From positions 448,001 to 512,000 of the forward strand of contig CAVVUN010000015.1 of NCBI GenBank assembly GCA_963751455.1: a stretch of DNA of 64,000 nucleotides, in the 5' to 3' direction. The notes under the pieces were generated by a model. The model was not told where the DNA came from and made no database searches. It saw nothing but the letters and a program-made list of their open reading frames with translations. Below, in pieces: positions 30,350-40,681 of the stretch (positions within the stretch are counted from its first letter, which is position 1; each line of letters begins with the position of its first letter). This stretch comes from Nitrospirota bacterium (GTDB lineage: Bacteria > Nitrospirota > UBA9217). Both the position numbers and the translations under genes were made by a program.

Positions 30350-32101
30350 ATGAAGAAATTGATGTTTTTTTCTCTAATCCTGATTGCAGCTTCATCGTGC
30401 GCTTCAGCCCCGAAAATGCCGCAGGCGCACTCTGCCAGCGTAAGCCCTGAAGAGCGGAAGCAGGCGGATGCCTATTACCATTTCATGGTCGGCACCCTGC
30501 TGGAGCAGGACGGCGAATACGACGCAGCAATTGCGGAGTTTCAGTCCGCAAACCGGCTGGATCCCGAATCCTCCGAGGTCTCACTATCCCTCGCTTCCCT
30601 CTATCTTCGCAAGGGACAGGTTGAGCAGGCGACTGTTCTGGCAAAAAAGGCGGCAGAACTCTCTCCGAACAAAACGACAGCGCTCCTGCTGCTCGCGAAC
30701 ATCTCTGCCGGTAAAAAAAAATACGACGATGCAATTGAACTGTATCGGAAGATACTGGCAATCAACCCTGCGAAGGAAGAGACCTATATCTACCTGGGTT
30801 CACTGTACGCCGGCTTAAAACGCTATGAAGAAGCCGTTTCCATATTCAAAGAGCTGGAAAAGATCAACAGCACGTCGCTGATGGCCCCCTTCTACCTCGG
30901 CCGCATATATACGGAACGGCATATGTATCCCGAGGCTGTCGTTGAATTCAAGAAAGCGATCTCTCTGCGTGACGATTTTGCGCCTGCCTATACGAGCATG
31001 GCGTTTGTCTACGAACTTCAGGATATTGCCGAGGAAGCGATACAGTACTACAAGCAGGCGCTTGAGATTAATCCGCACGATACCGACATTATGACCCGCT
31101 TGGCCCAACTTTACATACAGCAAAACGCCCTCGATGACGCACTGGACCAGTTTACGAGGCTCCTCACGATGGACCCCGGCAATTATGAAGCCCGGGTCAA
31201 GATGGGTCTGATCTACATCGAGAAAAAACAGTTTGAACGGGCAATGGAGTCATTCAAGGTAGTGGTTCTGGCGCAGCCGAACGACCTGAAAGCACGAAAG
31301 TATCTCGCGTCTACGCTCGTTGCTCTCGATAAATATGATGATGCGCTCGAACAATACAACGCGATTCTTACGATGGCGCCGGACGATATGGATACGATCC
31401 TTCAAATTTCCTTTATCTATGCACAACAGAAAAGAACTGCGCATGCGATACCGCTTCTCGAAAAAGCGATCAACGAACAGCCCGGAAAGGCCGAACTCTA
31501 TTTATATCTCGCCAACGCCTTCATCGACATTGAAAATTACCGGCAAGCAGTTGCCGTTTTAAGCAAGGGAATACAGCTGGCTCCGGACCGTGACGAACTA
31601 CTGTTCAGCTTGGCCGTTGCTTATGAAAAACTGGGGCAGCGCGATGAGATGATTAATGCCCTCAAGAAAACGATACAACTCAGACCCGATAATGCGGATG
31701 CGCTTAACTATCTCGGCTACAGCTATGCAGAAAAGGGGGAAAACCTCGATGAGGCCATTCAACTGATAAAGCGGGCGCTGCTGATCAAAAAGGACAACGG
31801 CTATATTCTCGACAGCTTGGCATGGGCTTATTATCAGAAAGGAATGCTGAACGAGGCGCTCGATGTGATGACAAGGGCGGTCTCAAAATCGTCCGGTGAC
31901 GACCCGGTCATGAGGGAACATTACGGCGATATTTTTCTGAAACTTTCGCACAAGACAAAAGCCCGTGAACAATGGCTGAAGTCGCTTGAACTGGATCCGA
32001 AGAACCACAAACTGAAGGAAAAATTCAAAGAAGCAGGATTCGGGAACTGGGATGCTCTTTTGAACGATCTGAGCACGGGGAAGAAAAACGAAAAGCGATG
32101 A
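30350..32101 (+). CDS. TPR-repeat lipoprotein
   Basis: Lipobox-like ASSC, many TPRs, ALNYLGYSYAE..YILDSLAWAYY. Confidence 0.9.
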   Translation: MKKLMFFSLILIAASSCASAPKMPQAHSASVSPEERKQADAYYHFMVGTLLEQDGEYDAAIAEFQSANRLDPESSEVSLSLASLYLRKGQVEQATVLAKKAAELSPNKTTALLLLANISAGKKKYDDAIELYRKILAINPAKEETYIYLGSLYAGLKRYEEAVSIFKELEKINSTSLMAPFYLGRIYTERHMYPEAVVEFKKAISLRDDFAPAYTSMAFVYELQDIAEEAIQYYKQALEINPHDTDIMTRLAQLYIQQNALDDALDQFTRLLTMDPGNYEARVKMGLIYIEKKQFERAMESFKVVVLAQPNDLKARKYLASTLVALDKYDDALEQYNAILTMAPDDMDTILQISFIYAQQKRTAHAIPLLEKAINEQPGKAELYLYLANAFIDIENYRQAVAVLSKGIQLAPDRDELLFSLAVAYEKLGQRDEMINALKKTIQLRPDNADALNYLGYSYAEKGENLDEAIQLIKRALLIKKDNGYILDSLAWAYYQKGMLNEALDVMTRAVSKSSGDDPVMREHYGDIFLKLSHKTKAREQWLKSLELDPKNHKLKEKFKEAGFGNWDALLNDLSTGKKNEKR

Positions 32102-32865
32102 TAGCGAGGATCATCCCCTTTTTAATCATTCCGCTGCTGGCAGCATGCCTTCCGAAAAAACCGGAGATCAACCTGCCTGCTGTTCCGGCGCAGCCCCTTA
32201 TGCAGGCGCTTGATCAGCGCCGGCAATCCCTTTCGGCATTCAAGGCGGTGGCGAGTGTGGAGCTGGTCAGGGCGGGCCGGAGGCGTGCCTTTGACAGCGT
32301 CGGCATTCTGCTGGACGACCAGCGGCGGGCACGGATGGAGGTGTATGGCCCGCTCGGGCAGTCGCTGCTCACTCTTGTATGGAACGGACCGGACGTTGCC
32401 GTTCGCCGTGCTGACGGCAGTGTGCTCCGGCCAGGCGTGGCCGGGATCGAGAAAATACTTGGCATGCCGTTGGATGCCCGGGAACTCTGCGCCGCGCTTT
32501 CCGGCAATGTGCCGGCACACGAACCGGTCGAAACGAATGCTTTTCGGGAGCCCGATGGCGGCTCCGTCATTCAGGTCCTGACTTCGGATAGCGAGCGTCG
32601 TTTTCACGTCCTCTACTCCGAGTCACCTTCCGTAAAAAACGTATGGATCACTGCGGCTGAATTGTACCGGTCGGGAAAACTGGTTTACCGCGTACGATAT
32701 ACGCAGAAGGACGGTGTTTCAGAGTACCGGTTGCCTGAAACAGTACTCATTGAAAACCCCGAACGCAAATCGTCGCTAAAAATTGTATACGAAGATACCG
32801 AGGTGAATATGCCGTTGAGCGAGGCGGCATTCGTGCTCTCCGGAGCCGAGGTCGGCGTTCCGTGA
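32098..32865 (+). CDS. LolB/DUF4292-like lipoprotein
   Basis: Lipobox LAAC; located between the TPR gene and ispE. Confidence 0.65.
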   Translation: MIARIIPFLIIPLLAACLPKKPEINLPAVPAQPLMQALDQRRQSLSAFKAVASVELVRAGRRRAFDSVGILLDDQRRARMEVYGPLGQSLLTLVWNGPDVAVRRADGSVLRPGVAGIEKILGMPLDARELCAALSGNVPAHEPVETNAFREPDGGSVIQVLTSDSERRFHVLYSESPSVKNVWITAAELYRSGKLVYRVRYTQKDGVSEYRLPETVLIENPERKSSLKIVYEDTEVNMPLSEAAFVLSGAEVGVP

Positions 32866-33731
32866 ACACGATTACGGTCTCGGCGCCGGCGAAAATAAAT
32901 CTCTGCCTGTCCGTTCTCGGCCGCCGGCCGGACGGCTACCACAATGTTCATATGTTGATGCAGATGGTGGGCCTCTACGACGAGATCATTGTATCGCTCT
33001 GCGAGGCAGGTATCAGCGTTCGTTGCGACAGCCCCGCAGTCCCTTCGGGAGAAGGGAACATCGCTTGGAAAGCTGCGGCGGCAATTCTGAAACGGTCCGG
33101 AGGCAAAGCCGGTCTTACGGTCCATATCAAAAAATCAATTCCGGCTGCTGCGGGGCTTGGCGGCGGAAGCAGCAATGCCGCGGCAGTGCTCACGGCCGCT
33201 AATGTGCTGCTCCGGACAGGACTCGACCGTACCCAATTGGCCGAAATCGGCGCGGAGATCGGTATGGATGTGCCCTTTTTCTTTTACGGTCCGACTGCCG
33301 AGGCAAAAGGTCGCGGAGAGTTGCTGGCTGGAACCGGACCTTTACCTGCATTCTGGGTTCTGCTCGTAAACCCCGGCTTTGAAACCTCTACCGCGTGGGT
33401 ATACTCCCAGGTAAATTTGAGGTTGACAAAAAATGTTAACTGTAATAAAATCGCAAGGCTTACGGTCCGAAATATCGCAGAAAGCCTTCATAACGATCTC
33501 GAATCGGTTACGGCTGCGAGATACCCGGTTATCGGCAAGATTGAAGAAGCACTTAAGGTTCATGGAGCCCTTGGTGCACGTATGAGCGGGAGTGGTCCAA
33601 CGGTATTCGGAATTTATGAGACAGAAGTGATTTGCCGGGCGGCTGCAGCAAGCCTGGCAGGTAACGGTTGGAAGCTCTATCCCGTTGAGTCGTTGACGGC
33701 ATCACCTCTTGAGGTGTACCATACAATGTAG
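32862..33731 (+). CDS. ispE: 4-diphosphocytidyl-2C-methyl-D-erythritol kinase
   Basis: APAKINL, GLGGGSSNAA, DVPFF, MSGSGPT. Confidence 0.96.
   Translation: MNTITVSAPAKINLCLSVLGRRPDGYHNVHMLMQMVGLYDEIIVSLCEAGISVRCDSPAVPSGEGNIAWKAAAAILKRSGGKAGLTVHIKKSIPAAAGLGGGSSNAAAVLTAANVLLRTGLDRTQLAEIGAEIGMDVPFFFYGPTAEAKGRGELLAGTGPLPAFWVLLVNPGFETSTAWVYSQVNLRLTKNVNCNKIARLTVRNIAESLHNDLESVTAARYPVIGKIEEALKVHGALGARMSGSGPTVFGIYETEVICRAAAASLAGNGWKLYPVESLTASPLEVYHTM
33423..33451 (+). promoter_or_regulatory. Internal promoter in ispE, likely for spoVG/tRNA/prs
   Basis: TTGACA-17 nt-TAAAAT in an AT-rich patch of the CDS. Confidence 0.7.
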
Positions 33732-33803
33732 AATTTCGGGCAGCGAGACGATTTCAGCGCCGCCCCGAATCCGCGATGCAATACAACATGAGGGGGTACG
33801 AGT

Positions 33804-34106
33804 ATGGAAATCACAGAGGTTAGAGTATTTCCGGTCAGCAACGAAGAAAGGCTCAAGGCCTACGCCACGATAACGATCGACAACGTGTTCCTCATCCGGG
33901 ACCTCAGAGTTATCAACGGCAATGCCGGATTGTTCGTTGCCATGCCGAGCCGAAAAATGAAGGACGGGACCTTCAAAGATATCGCGCATCCGCTTAACAG
34001 CGAGACCCGGCAAATGATCGAAGCCAAAGTTCTTTCCGAGTACGAAAAAGAACTGGCTAATCCTACCAAGCGTGAACCGGCCCCGAAAGAGAAAGGTTCC
34101 GAATAG
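33804..34106 (+). CDS. spoVG: SpoVG
   Basis: MEITEVRV, GLFVAMPSRK, FKDIAHPLN. Confidence 0.95.
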   Translation: MEITEVRVFPVSNEERLKAYATITIDNVFLIRDLRVINGNAGLFVAMPSRKMKDGTFKDIAHPLNSETRQMIEAKVLSEYEKELANPTKREPAPKEKGSE

Positions 34107-34490
34107 CGGCTCCGCCGCTTGATTGAAGTTCTGCCGCTTCCGGATCAGATTCGAGAGGATAGGCGCGAGCCTATCCTCTTCATGTTTACCCGTTAGAGAA
34201 AAAGTCCAAGGACCAGGGCGCAGGATGTGGGACGCAAAATCGTCCATTGTCCCGGTAAGCAGGTGTTCAGTGCTTACGAGCCTTGCACAAAGCGCGGCAA
34301 TCCCGCGACTTGGCATCCCCCGGCTCCGCCGGGGTGGAAAGCGCTTACTCGCACTTGCGAGTCGCGTAAGCGCGAGTGCGCAGTCCCGGGAGGTCGCGTT
34401 GTTCAAGGGAGCCTCCGGCTCCTGCCGGAGGGGGCTCCACTAAACGAGTTCAAGGTACGAAGCGAACGGTCGTCCATTGAGCAGTTCGCA
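34107..34490 (+). other. Highly structured non-coding segment (candidate ncRNA or composite of palindromic repeats)
   Basis: At least 7 hairpins plus a long-range stem; no credible ORF. Confidence 0.5.
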
Positions 34491-34506
34491 ATTATACTGT
34501 CGTCGA

Positions 34507-34580
34507 TCGGGGATCGTCTAATGGTAGGACAGAGGCCTTTGAAGCCTTTAATCGGGGTTCGACTCCCTGTCCCCGAACCA
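34507..34580 (+). tRNA. tRNA-Gln(UUG)
   Basis: Acceptor TCGGGGA/TCCCCGA, anticodon arm GAGGC-CTTTGAA-GCCTT, TTCGACT T-loop, encoded CCA. Confidence 0.95.
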
Positions 34581-34606
34581 GTCTGCGAAGCGAGGAAGAG
34601 AACGCT

Positions 34607-35554
34607 ATGATTAACAAGCGGGAATTGAAGATTTTTTCGGGCAACGCGAACATCGCGCTGGCAAGAGAAATATGCCAGAAGATGGACATCCAGCTTGGCA
34701 ATGCTGTCGTGGGCAGGTTCAGCGACGGAGAGATCAACGTACAGATCATAGATAACGTGCGAGGGATGGACGTGTTTGTCGTGCAGCCTACCGCAAGTCC
34801 CGTAAACCGGCATCTCATGGAACTGCTTATCATGGTTGACGCCCTGAAGCGGGCATCCGCAGCGAGAATAACGGCCGTACTTCCGTATTACGGGTACAGC
34901 AGACAGGACCGAAAGGTGCAGCCCCGGGTGCCGATTACTTCGAAGCTGGTGGCCGATCTTATCACCGCAGCGGGAGTAAATCGGGTACTTACGGTCGACT
35001 TACATGCCGGACAGATTCAGGGTTTTTTCAACATCCCGGTCGACAATCTTTTTGCCGCCCCGGTGATACTCGATTACATCCGGGCGAAGAAGTTCGATAA
35101 CCTGACGGTAGTCTCGCCCGATGCCGGCGGCGTCGAGAGGGCGCGTGCTTTCGCAAAGAGGCTCGATGCAGCGCTTGCGATCATCGATAAGCGCCGCGAC
35201 AAGCCGAACGTAGCTCAGGTAATGCACATCATCGGCGACGTAAAGGGCCATGACTGCCTGCTCCTGGACGACATGGTAGACACTGCGGGTACGCTGACCG
35301 AAGGCGCCACCGCCCTGCGGGCCAACGGCGCGCGCAAGATATGCGCTGCGTGCACCCATGCGGTGCTCTCAGGCCCCGCGATTCAACGCATCAATGATTC
35401 AGCACTCGACGAACTGATCACGTCGAACACGATTGCGCTTGACAGTAAAAAACAGGAGTGCGGCAAATTGACGGTCTTGTCGGTCGCCCCGCTCATCTCG
35501 GAAGCGATCACCAGAATACACGAGGAGACCTCGCTTAGTTCGCTGTTTGTTTAA
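34607..35554 (+). CDS. prs: Ribose-phosphate pyrophosphokinase
   Basis: [33 protein letters not shown]. Confidence 0.97.
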   Translation: MINKRELKIFSGNANIALAREICQKMDIQLGNAVVGRFSDGEINVQIIDNVRGMDVFVVQPTASPVNRHLMELLIMVDALKRASAARITAVLPYYGYSRQDRKVQPRVPITSKLVADLITAAGVNRVLTVDLHAGQIQGFFNIPVDNLFAAPVILDYIRAKKFDNLTVVSPDAGGVERARAFAKRLDAALAIIDKRRDKPNVAQVMHIIGDVKGHDCLLLDDMVDTAGTLTEGATALRANGARKICAACTHAVLSGPAIQRINDSALDELITSNTIALDSKKQECGKLTVLSVAPLISEAITRIHEETSLSSLFV

Positions 35555-35654
35555 CCAAAAATGCCGTACGTGGGAAGGGTAAGGCGGAAGGTGGAATCTG
35601 GATTTTTCCCTGCCGACTGCCGCCTGAAGATTTTATATTCGTAATGGAGGAGAA

Positions 35655-36407
35655 ATGGAAAAGATTTCGTTATCAGCACAAATCAGACAAAAAACGGGCA
35701 AGGGAGTTGCCCGGGGCCTGCGGCGGAACGATATGGTGCCTGCGGTCCTTTACGGTCGCGGTAAGTCAACCCCGATTGCCATGGGCCATAAGGACGTTAC
35801 AAAGGTGCTTAATACCGAAGGTGGTCAACATGCGCTCATTAATCTCAAGCTCGACGGCAGCGAGGGGGCGGACCGGATGGCCCTCATAAAAGACTACGAG
35901 ATCGATCCGATAACCGGAAAACTTATTCATGTGGATCTCATGGAAGTAGCCTTGAATGAGAAGGTAAAGATCCCTGTTGCGGTGCATATCACCGGGAGCT
36001 CGATCGGAGTGAAAGAAGGCGGTATCTTCCAGTACGGGATCCGTCAACTCGAGATCGAGTGCCTGCCGAACCAGATTCCCGACTCCATCGAGGTCAACAT
36101 TTCAGCGCTTAAGGTGAATGAGTCTCTCCATGTCCGCGACATCAAGATAGCGGAAGGCGTGAGGATTCTGACCGATCCGGACGCCACTGTTGCAACTATA
36201 CAACCCCCGATCTCCGACGCCAAGCTTGAGGCCATGCTGACAGCGACCCCGGCCGCGGTAACCGAGGGCGGTGAGCCGGAACTCGTCAAGAAGCCGAAGA
36301 AAGAGGGCGAAGCAGCAACAGCAGCTCCTGCTGCGGAAGCGAAGGGTAAGGAAGGAGCGCCGGCTAAAGAGGCTGCTCCCAAGAAGGAAGCCACAACGAA
36401 AAAATAG
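35655..36407 (+). CDS. rplY: 50S ribosomal protein L25/Ctc
   Basis: GKGVARGLRR..VPAVLYG, IHVDL, GVKEGG. Confidence 0.94.
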   Translation: MEKISLSAQIRQKTGKGVARGLRRNDMVPAVLYGRGKSTPIAMGHKDVTKVLNTEGGQHALINLKLDGSEGADRMALIKDYEIDPITGKLIHVDLMEVALNEKVKIPVAVHITGSSIGVKEGGIFQYGIRQLEIECLPNQIPDSIEVNISALKVNESLHVRDIKIAEGVRILTDPDATVATIQPPISDAKLEAMLTATPAAVTEGGEPELVKKPKKEGEAATAAPAAEAKGKEGAPAKEAAPKKEATTKK

Positions 36408-36520
36408 CGAGCGCAAAATGCAGAATCAAAAGTGTAAAGGCAAGGTGATCAAGTATATTCTGACGCAATTCCATCTTGCAATTTGAAATTTGCATTTGAT
36501 AATTTGCACTTTTCTTTTGT

Positions 36521-37084
36521 ATGAAAATCATCGTCGGGCTCGGCAACCCGGGCAGAAAGTACGAACGCACTCGTCATAACGCCGGGTTCATGGCCGTCGA
36601 AGAGCTTGCAAGGACTCTGCATCTTGAATTCATCCAGGAACGACGCCATGCGTTCGTTGTCAAGGGCTCACTCGATTCAACGGAAATAATGCTGGCCAAG
36701 CCTCAGACGTACATGAACGACAGCGGCAGGGCGGTGGCCGCTATACTACGCGATACCTATCAGGACGCTTCCGAACTGATCGTAATTCACGACGAACTGG
36801 ACCTTCCGCTCGGGGCGGTCCGGGTAAAGATGGGCGGCGGCCACGGCGGCCATAACGGTCTTCGGTCGATTATCGAACATATCGGGTCGTCCGAGTTCAT
36901 CCGGGTCCGTATCGGAATCGGAAGACCCATGCCGGGCATCGAACCGGCTGATTATGTTTTGAGCCCGTTCCTCCCGGCGGAACGGCAGATCGTGCCGGAA
37001 GCGATGACCCGGGCGGCGGAAGCGGTAACAGCAATAGTCAAGGATGGCCCGACAAGGGCGATGAATTCTTTCAACCAGAAGTAA
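36521..37084 (+). CDS. pth: Peptidyl-tRNA hydrolase
   Basis: GLGNPG, TRHNAGF, KPQTYMN, HDELD, GGHNG. Confidence 0.97.
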   Translation: MKIIVGLGNPGRKYERTRHNAGFMAVEELARTLHLEFIQERRHAFVVKGSLDSTEIMLAKPQTYMNDSGRAVAAILRDTYQDASELIVIHDELDLPLGAVRVKMGGGHGGHNGLRSIIEHIGSSEFIRVRIGIGRPMPGIEPADYVLSPFLPAERQIVPEAMTRAAEAVTAIVKDGPTRAMNSFNQK

Positions 37085-37187
37085 CGTATTTAAATAACCC
37101 CGGATCTGGAGGATTCTTATTCCAACGGCTCCGGGTTTTTTTGTTAAAAATGTTGACTATCTGCGGATACAAGAGAAAGGAACCTCA

Positions 37188-38284
37188 ATGGGTTTTAACT
37201 GCGGTATTGTGGGTCTGCCGAATGTCGGAAAGTCCACCATCTTCAACGCTCTCACCTCGGCCGGCGCACAGGCATCCAATTATCCCTTCACCACGATAGA
37301 TCCCAATGTCGGCGTGGTTGACATGCCGGACGAGCGTCTCGACAAACTGGCTGAAATCTACAAGCCGAAAAAAGTGACCCCGACTACCATGGAATTCGTG
37401 GACATTGCGGGTCTCGTGAAGGGAGCAGCGCAGGGAGAAGGGTCTGGGGAACAAATTCCTGGCGAACATAAGAGAAGTCGATGCGATTGCTCACGTCGTC
37501 CGCTGTTTTGAGGATCCCGAACGTGATTCATGTTGCAGGCAAGGTGGACCCGCAATCCGATATCGAAGTAATCGAAGCCGAGTTAATGCTGGCCGATCTT
37601 GATGCAATCGAAAAACGGCTCTTCAAGGCCGAGAAACTGGTTAAGACCGGAGACAAAAAAACAGCCGATGAAGTGCAGTTTATGAAGCGCCTCAAGGAGA
37701 TGCTGAGCAAAGGGGAGCCGATTCGCCGCGCAACGCATTCCGAAGAAGAAACAGGCTGGCTCAGGAGCTACAGTCTCCTTTCGGCCAAACCCGTGCTGTA
37801 TGTAGCGAACGTTGCGGAGGATATGGTGGATAAACCGAATTCGCACGTCGATGCGGTAAGAAAGATCGCTTCAGGGGAGGGCGCGAAAGTCGTGGTCATA
37901 TCCGGCCAGGTAGAGGGAGAGATCGCTCAGCTGCCCCAGGATGAGCGGAAAGAATATCTTGCCGGAATGGGTCTCAAGGAGTCGGGACTCGATCGCATGA
38001 TCCGGGCAGGCTATGAGCTGCTCGGCTTGATTACGTATCTAACAGCCGGAGAGAAGGAAGTGCGAGCGTGGACCATTACGAAAGGAACTAAGGCGCCTCA
38101 GGCAGCAGGAAAAATTCATACAGACTTCGAAAAGGGTTTCATCCGTGCGGAAGTGTTCCATTATAACGATCTCATGAGGCTGGGCACCGAGCAGGCAGTA
38201 AAGGCGGCCGGGCTTCTCCGATCCGAGGGCAAGGAGTACGTGGTTGCGGACGGAGACATCATGCTCTTCCGGTTTAATGTTTGA
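37188..38284 (+). CDS. ychF: Redox-regulated ATPase YchF (two apparent +1 indels, ~37440 and ~37517)
   Basis: [22 protein letters not shown]; third frame reads [25 protein letters not shown]; C-terminal TGS domain. Confidence 0.93.
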
Positions 38285-38341
38285 ATTTTAATTCCGGAAC
38301 GTTAGGCAAGGATGGTCTCTTGTTTGCTGAGCAAATCCTTG

Positions 38342-38821
38342 TTACGCTTTGGGCGCGTAGACCACTTTGCGGAGAGCGTACTTATTGACGTAGCAGATAT
38401 TATCGCCGACTTTGACTATGAGGAAATGATAAGGCAGATTGAGGCAGTCCGACAGTCTTCCTTTTTCAGCAGGCACCTCGGCCATGAGCAAGCCGCTGAT
38501 AGAGCCGTCGTCAATGAAGATGGCCTTGATGCTTATGCTCTGCATGAGGCTGAGCGCTGCTGTTAGTTCCTCGTCCGCTCCGTAGTTTGCCTCAATCATC
38601 CGGATATTCCGTTTACGGATAAATTCAGTGCCCCCGCGCTCCTTCAAGGTGAGGGGGAAAAACATGGTTTCGTCTTCGAGAAACGATACTACCTTATGAT
38701 GAATGGTATGTGCGCCGGGGGCGGATTCGAGAAAAATGGAGCCCTCAACAGAGACTGCCGCTTCGAGGTAAACCGTTACATTTTGCTTGTCCTTGGGTAC
38801 GGCGAAACCCTCGTTGCTCAT
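38342..38821 (-). CDS. Hypothetical protein with two similar ~75-aa halves
   Basis: Directly downstream of pilT, RBS present; halves end FIRKRNIRMI and YVNKYALRKV. Confidence 0.65.
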   Translation of the reverse strand: MSNEGFAVPKDKQNVTVYLEAAVSVEGSIFLESAPGAHTIHHKVVSFLEDETMFFPLTLKERGGTEFIRKRNIRMIEANYGADEELTAALSLMQSISIKAIFIDDGSISGLLMAEVPAEKGRLSDCLNLPYHFLIVKVGDNICYVNKYALRKVVYAPKA

Positions 38822-38947
38822 TATCCCATCCCCTTAAATCTGAAACATTCGGTAACGCAAAAAATTGATAAAAAAATCCCGAATCTGAGTCACATTTAAT
38901 TATTCTTACCTGCGCCAACCGCGTTCATCTGTGTCCACCCGCTTTTT

Positions 38948-40525
38948 TCATGCTTCCATCATGCCGCTCGTGAGGTTCAGGATTATGTTCTTGCTCTTGA
39001 GCAGGTTGATGAAGCCGGACTTATCGATGGCCTTTATATAGGCCTCTTCAGGCGCCACCACTTTATCCACAACCAGCTTGAACAAGGCATCGTTCAAAAG
39101 CATCATGCCCTGACCCTTGGCGGTTTGCATGATGGAAGGGATTTGGAATATTTTGCCTTCTCTGATGAGGTTTGAAACCGCGCTGTTCACGAACAGGATT
39201 TCCATCGCGGCCACCCTTCCTTTGCCGATCTTCTTGCAGAGGGACTGTGCAATCACGCCCTTGAGCGAACTCGCGACCATAGTCCTGATCTGGGCTTGCC
39301 GGTCAGCCGGAAACTGGTCGATAATGCGGTCAACAGTCGATGCCGCGGTGGAGGTATGAAGCGTTCCGAAAACGAGGTGGCCTGTCTCCGCTGTTTCGAT
39401 CGCTATGGAAATAGTTTCCAAGTCGCGCATTTCGCCGACCAGAACAATGTCCGGATCTTCGCGGAGCGCCGCCCTGAGGGCGTTGCTGAAGGACTTTGTA
39501 TGGACGTGGACCTCTCGCTGGTTGATGAGGCAGCTTTTTCTCGAATGTACGAACTCGATCGGGTCTTCAATGGTGATGATGTGGTCCTTGCGGTTGCGGT
39601 TGATGTAGTCAATGAGCGCGCAGAGAGTAGTCGACTTGCCCGATCCTGTCGGCCCGGTGACCAGGACGAGGCCTTTGCTCAGAAAACAAAGATCGAGCAC
39701 TTCTTTTGACAGTCCCAGTTTCTCCGCTGTCACGATCTCCATCGGGATCTGGCGGAAAACGCCGCCCATGCCGAACCGGTCCATGAATACATTCGCCCGG
39801 AATCGGGCAACGCCCACAATCTCGTGCGCGAAGTCCGTATCATGCAGTTCTTCGAATTGGGCTGCATTGTGCTCCGGGATAATGGCGCCAAGCAGCTTTC
39901 TCATTTTGTCAGGGTTGATTACCGCATGATCGGGTAGATCGATCATGTCGCCATGAAGCCTGATGAGAGGTTTATGATTCGACGTGAGGTGAAGGTCAGA
40001 TGCGCCCATGCTGAACATTTTTCGAAGGAGCGCATTGATCTCGGGTTCCTTGCCGCCTGCGGCTGCCGGCATCGCCTTCGGTGCAGCGGCGACAGGAACT
40101 GCCCGCTTCGGGGGCGGCGCGGCTTCTTCGACAGGGTCGGGTTCCAGGACCTCTACCTCTTCTTGCTCCGGTTCCTGAACCTGTTCCTCGACCGCTTCCT
40201 GGACCCGTTCCTGCTCCAATCCCTCTATTTTATCGGCCAAGGAGATAACAGTCCGTACCTGCTCGCCCTGTACCATAAAAGAGACGGTATAGCTTTTACC
40301 GTTGTAAGGGTATTCAAAGTTGGTGACGCGCCTGGCGGCGATACTTGCCTTGTCCGCTCCGGTTGCGATTTCATTCAGGAGTGAGATAATCTGCGGGGTC
40401 AGCAACTTCTGATTCACCATGATCCGCGCGCCCGAAGGCGTTCTCAACATCGGTTCTTTCCCGGTCTCGAGAAATATCTCCTGCTCAGGCTGCAATCGTT
40501 CAATCAACTTATCGAGCTGGCCCAT
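38948..40525 (-). CDS. pilT: PilT-family retraction ATPase with an extra N-terminal domain
   Basis: ASDLHL, GPTGSGKST, TIEDPIE, LREDPD, ETGHLVFGTLH, AVSNLIRE. Confidence 0.9.
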   Translation of the reverse strand: MGQLDKLIERLQPEQEIFLETGKEPMLRTPSGARIMVNQKLLTPQIISLLNEIATGADKASIAARRVTNFEYPYNGKSYTVSFMVQGEQVRTVISLADKIEGLEQERVQEAVEEQVQEPEQEEVEVLEPDPVEEAAPPPKRAVPVAAAPKAMPAAAGGKEPEINALLRKMFSMGASDLHLTSNHKPLIRLHGDMIDLPDHAVINPDKMRKLLGAIIPEHNAAQFEELHDTDFAHEIVGVARFRANVFMDRFGMGGVFRQIPMEIVTAEKLGLSKEVLDLCFLSKGLVLVTGPTGSGKSTTLCALIDYINRNRKDHIITIEDPIEFVHSRKSCLINQREVHVHTKSFSNALRAALREDPDIVLVGEMRDLETISIAIETAETGHLVFGTLHTSTAASTVDRIIDQFPADRQAQIRTMVASSLKGVIAQSLCKKIGKGRVAAMEILFVNSAVSNLIREGKIFQIPSIMQTAKGQGMMLLNDALFKLVVDKVVAPEEAYIKAIDKSGFINLLKSKNIILNLTSGMMEA

Positions 40526-40681
40526 TGAAACCCTTCCTTATTGACTTTAAATTGCGGATTGGAAAAAGGCTTAAGCACGGCAAGACAATGCGGCCTACCC
40601 GTGTTGATCTGAAGATGCGGCGTCTTACCATCGGGCGCCATAGCTCAGAAACAGAGGTTTGGAAGACGATATGCGGCGGTT

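Noticed and set aside
34190-34345. RNase P (AAAGTCC), c-di-GMP-I (GGGACGCAAA) or T-box (GGGTGGAA) matches
   Set aside because: Only short partial words; the partner motifs (3' P4 strand, GGCAAAC P2 stem, ACC of the T-box bulge) are missing.
34507-34580. tRNA as a prophage or island attachment site
   Set aside because: No duplicated tRNA 3' end or integrase seen in the window.
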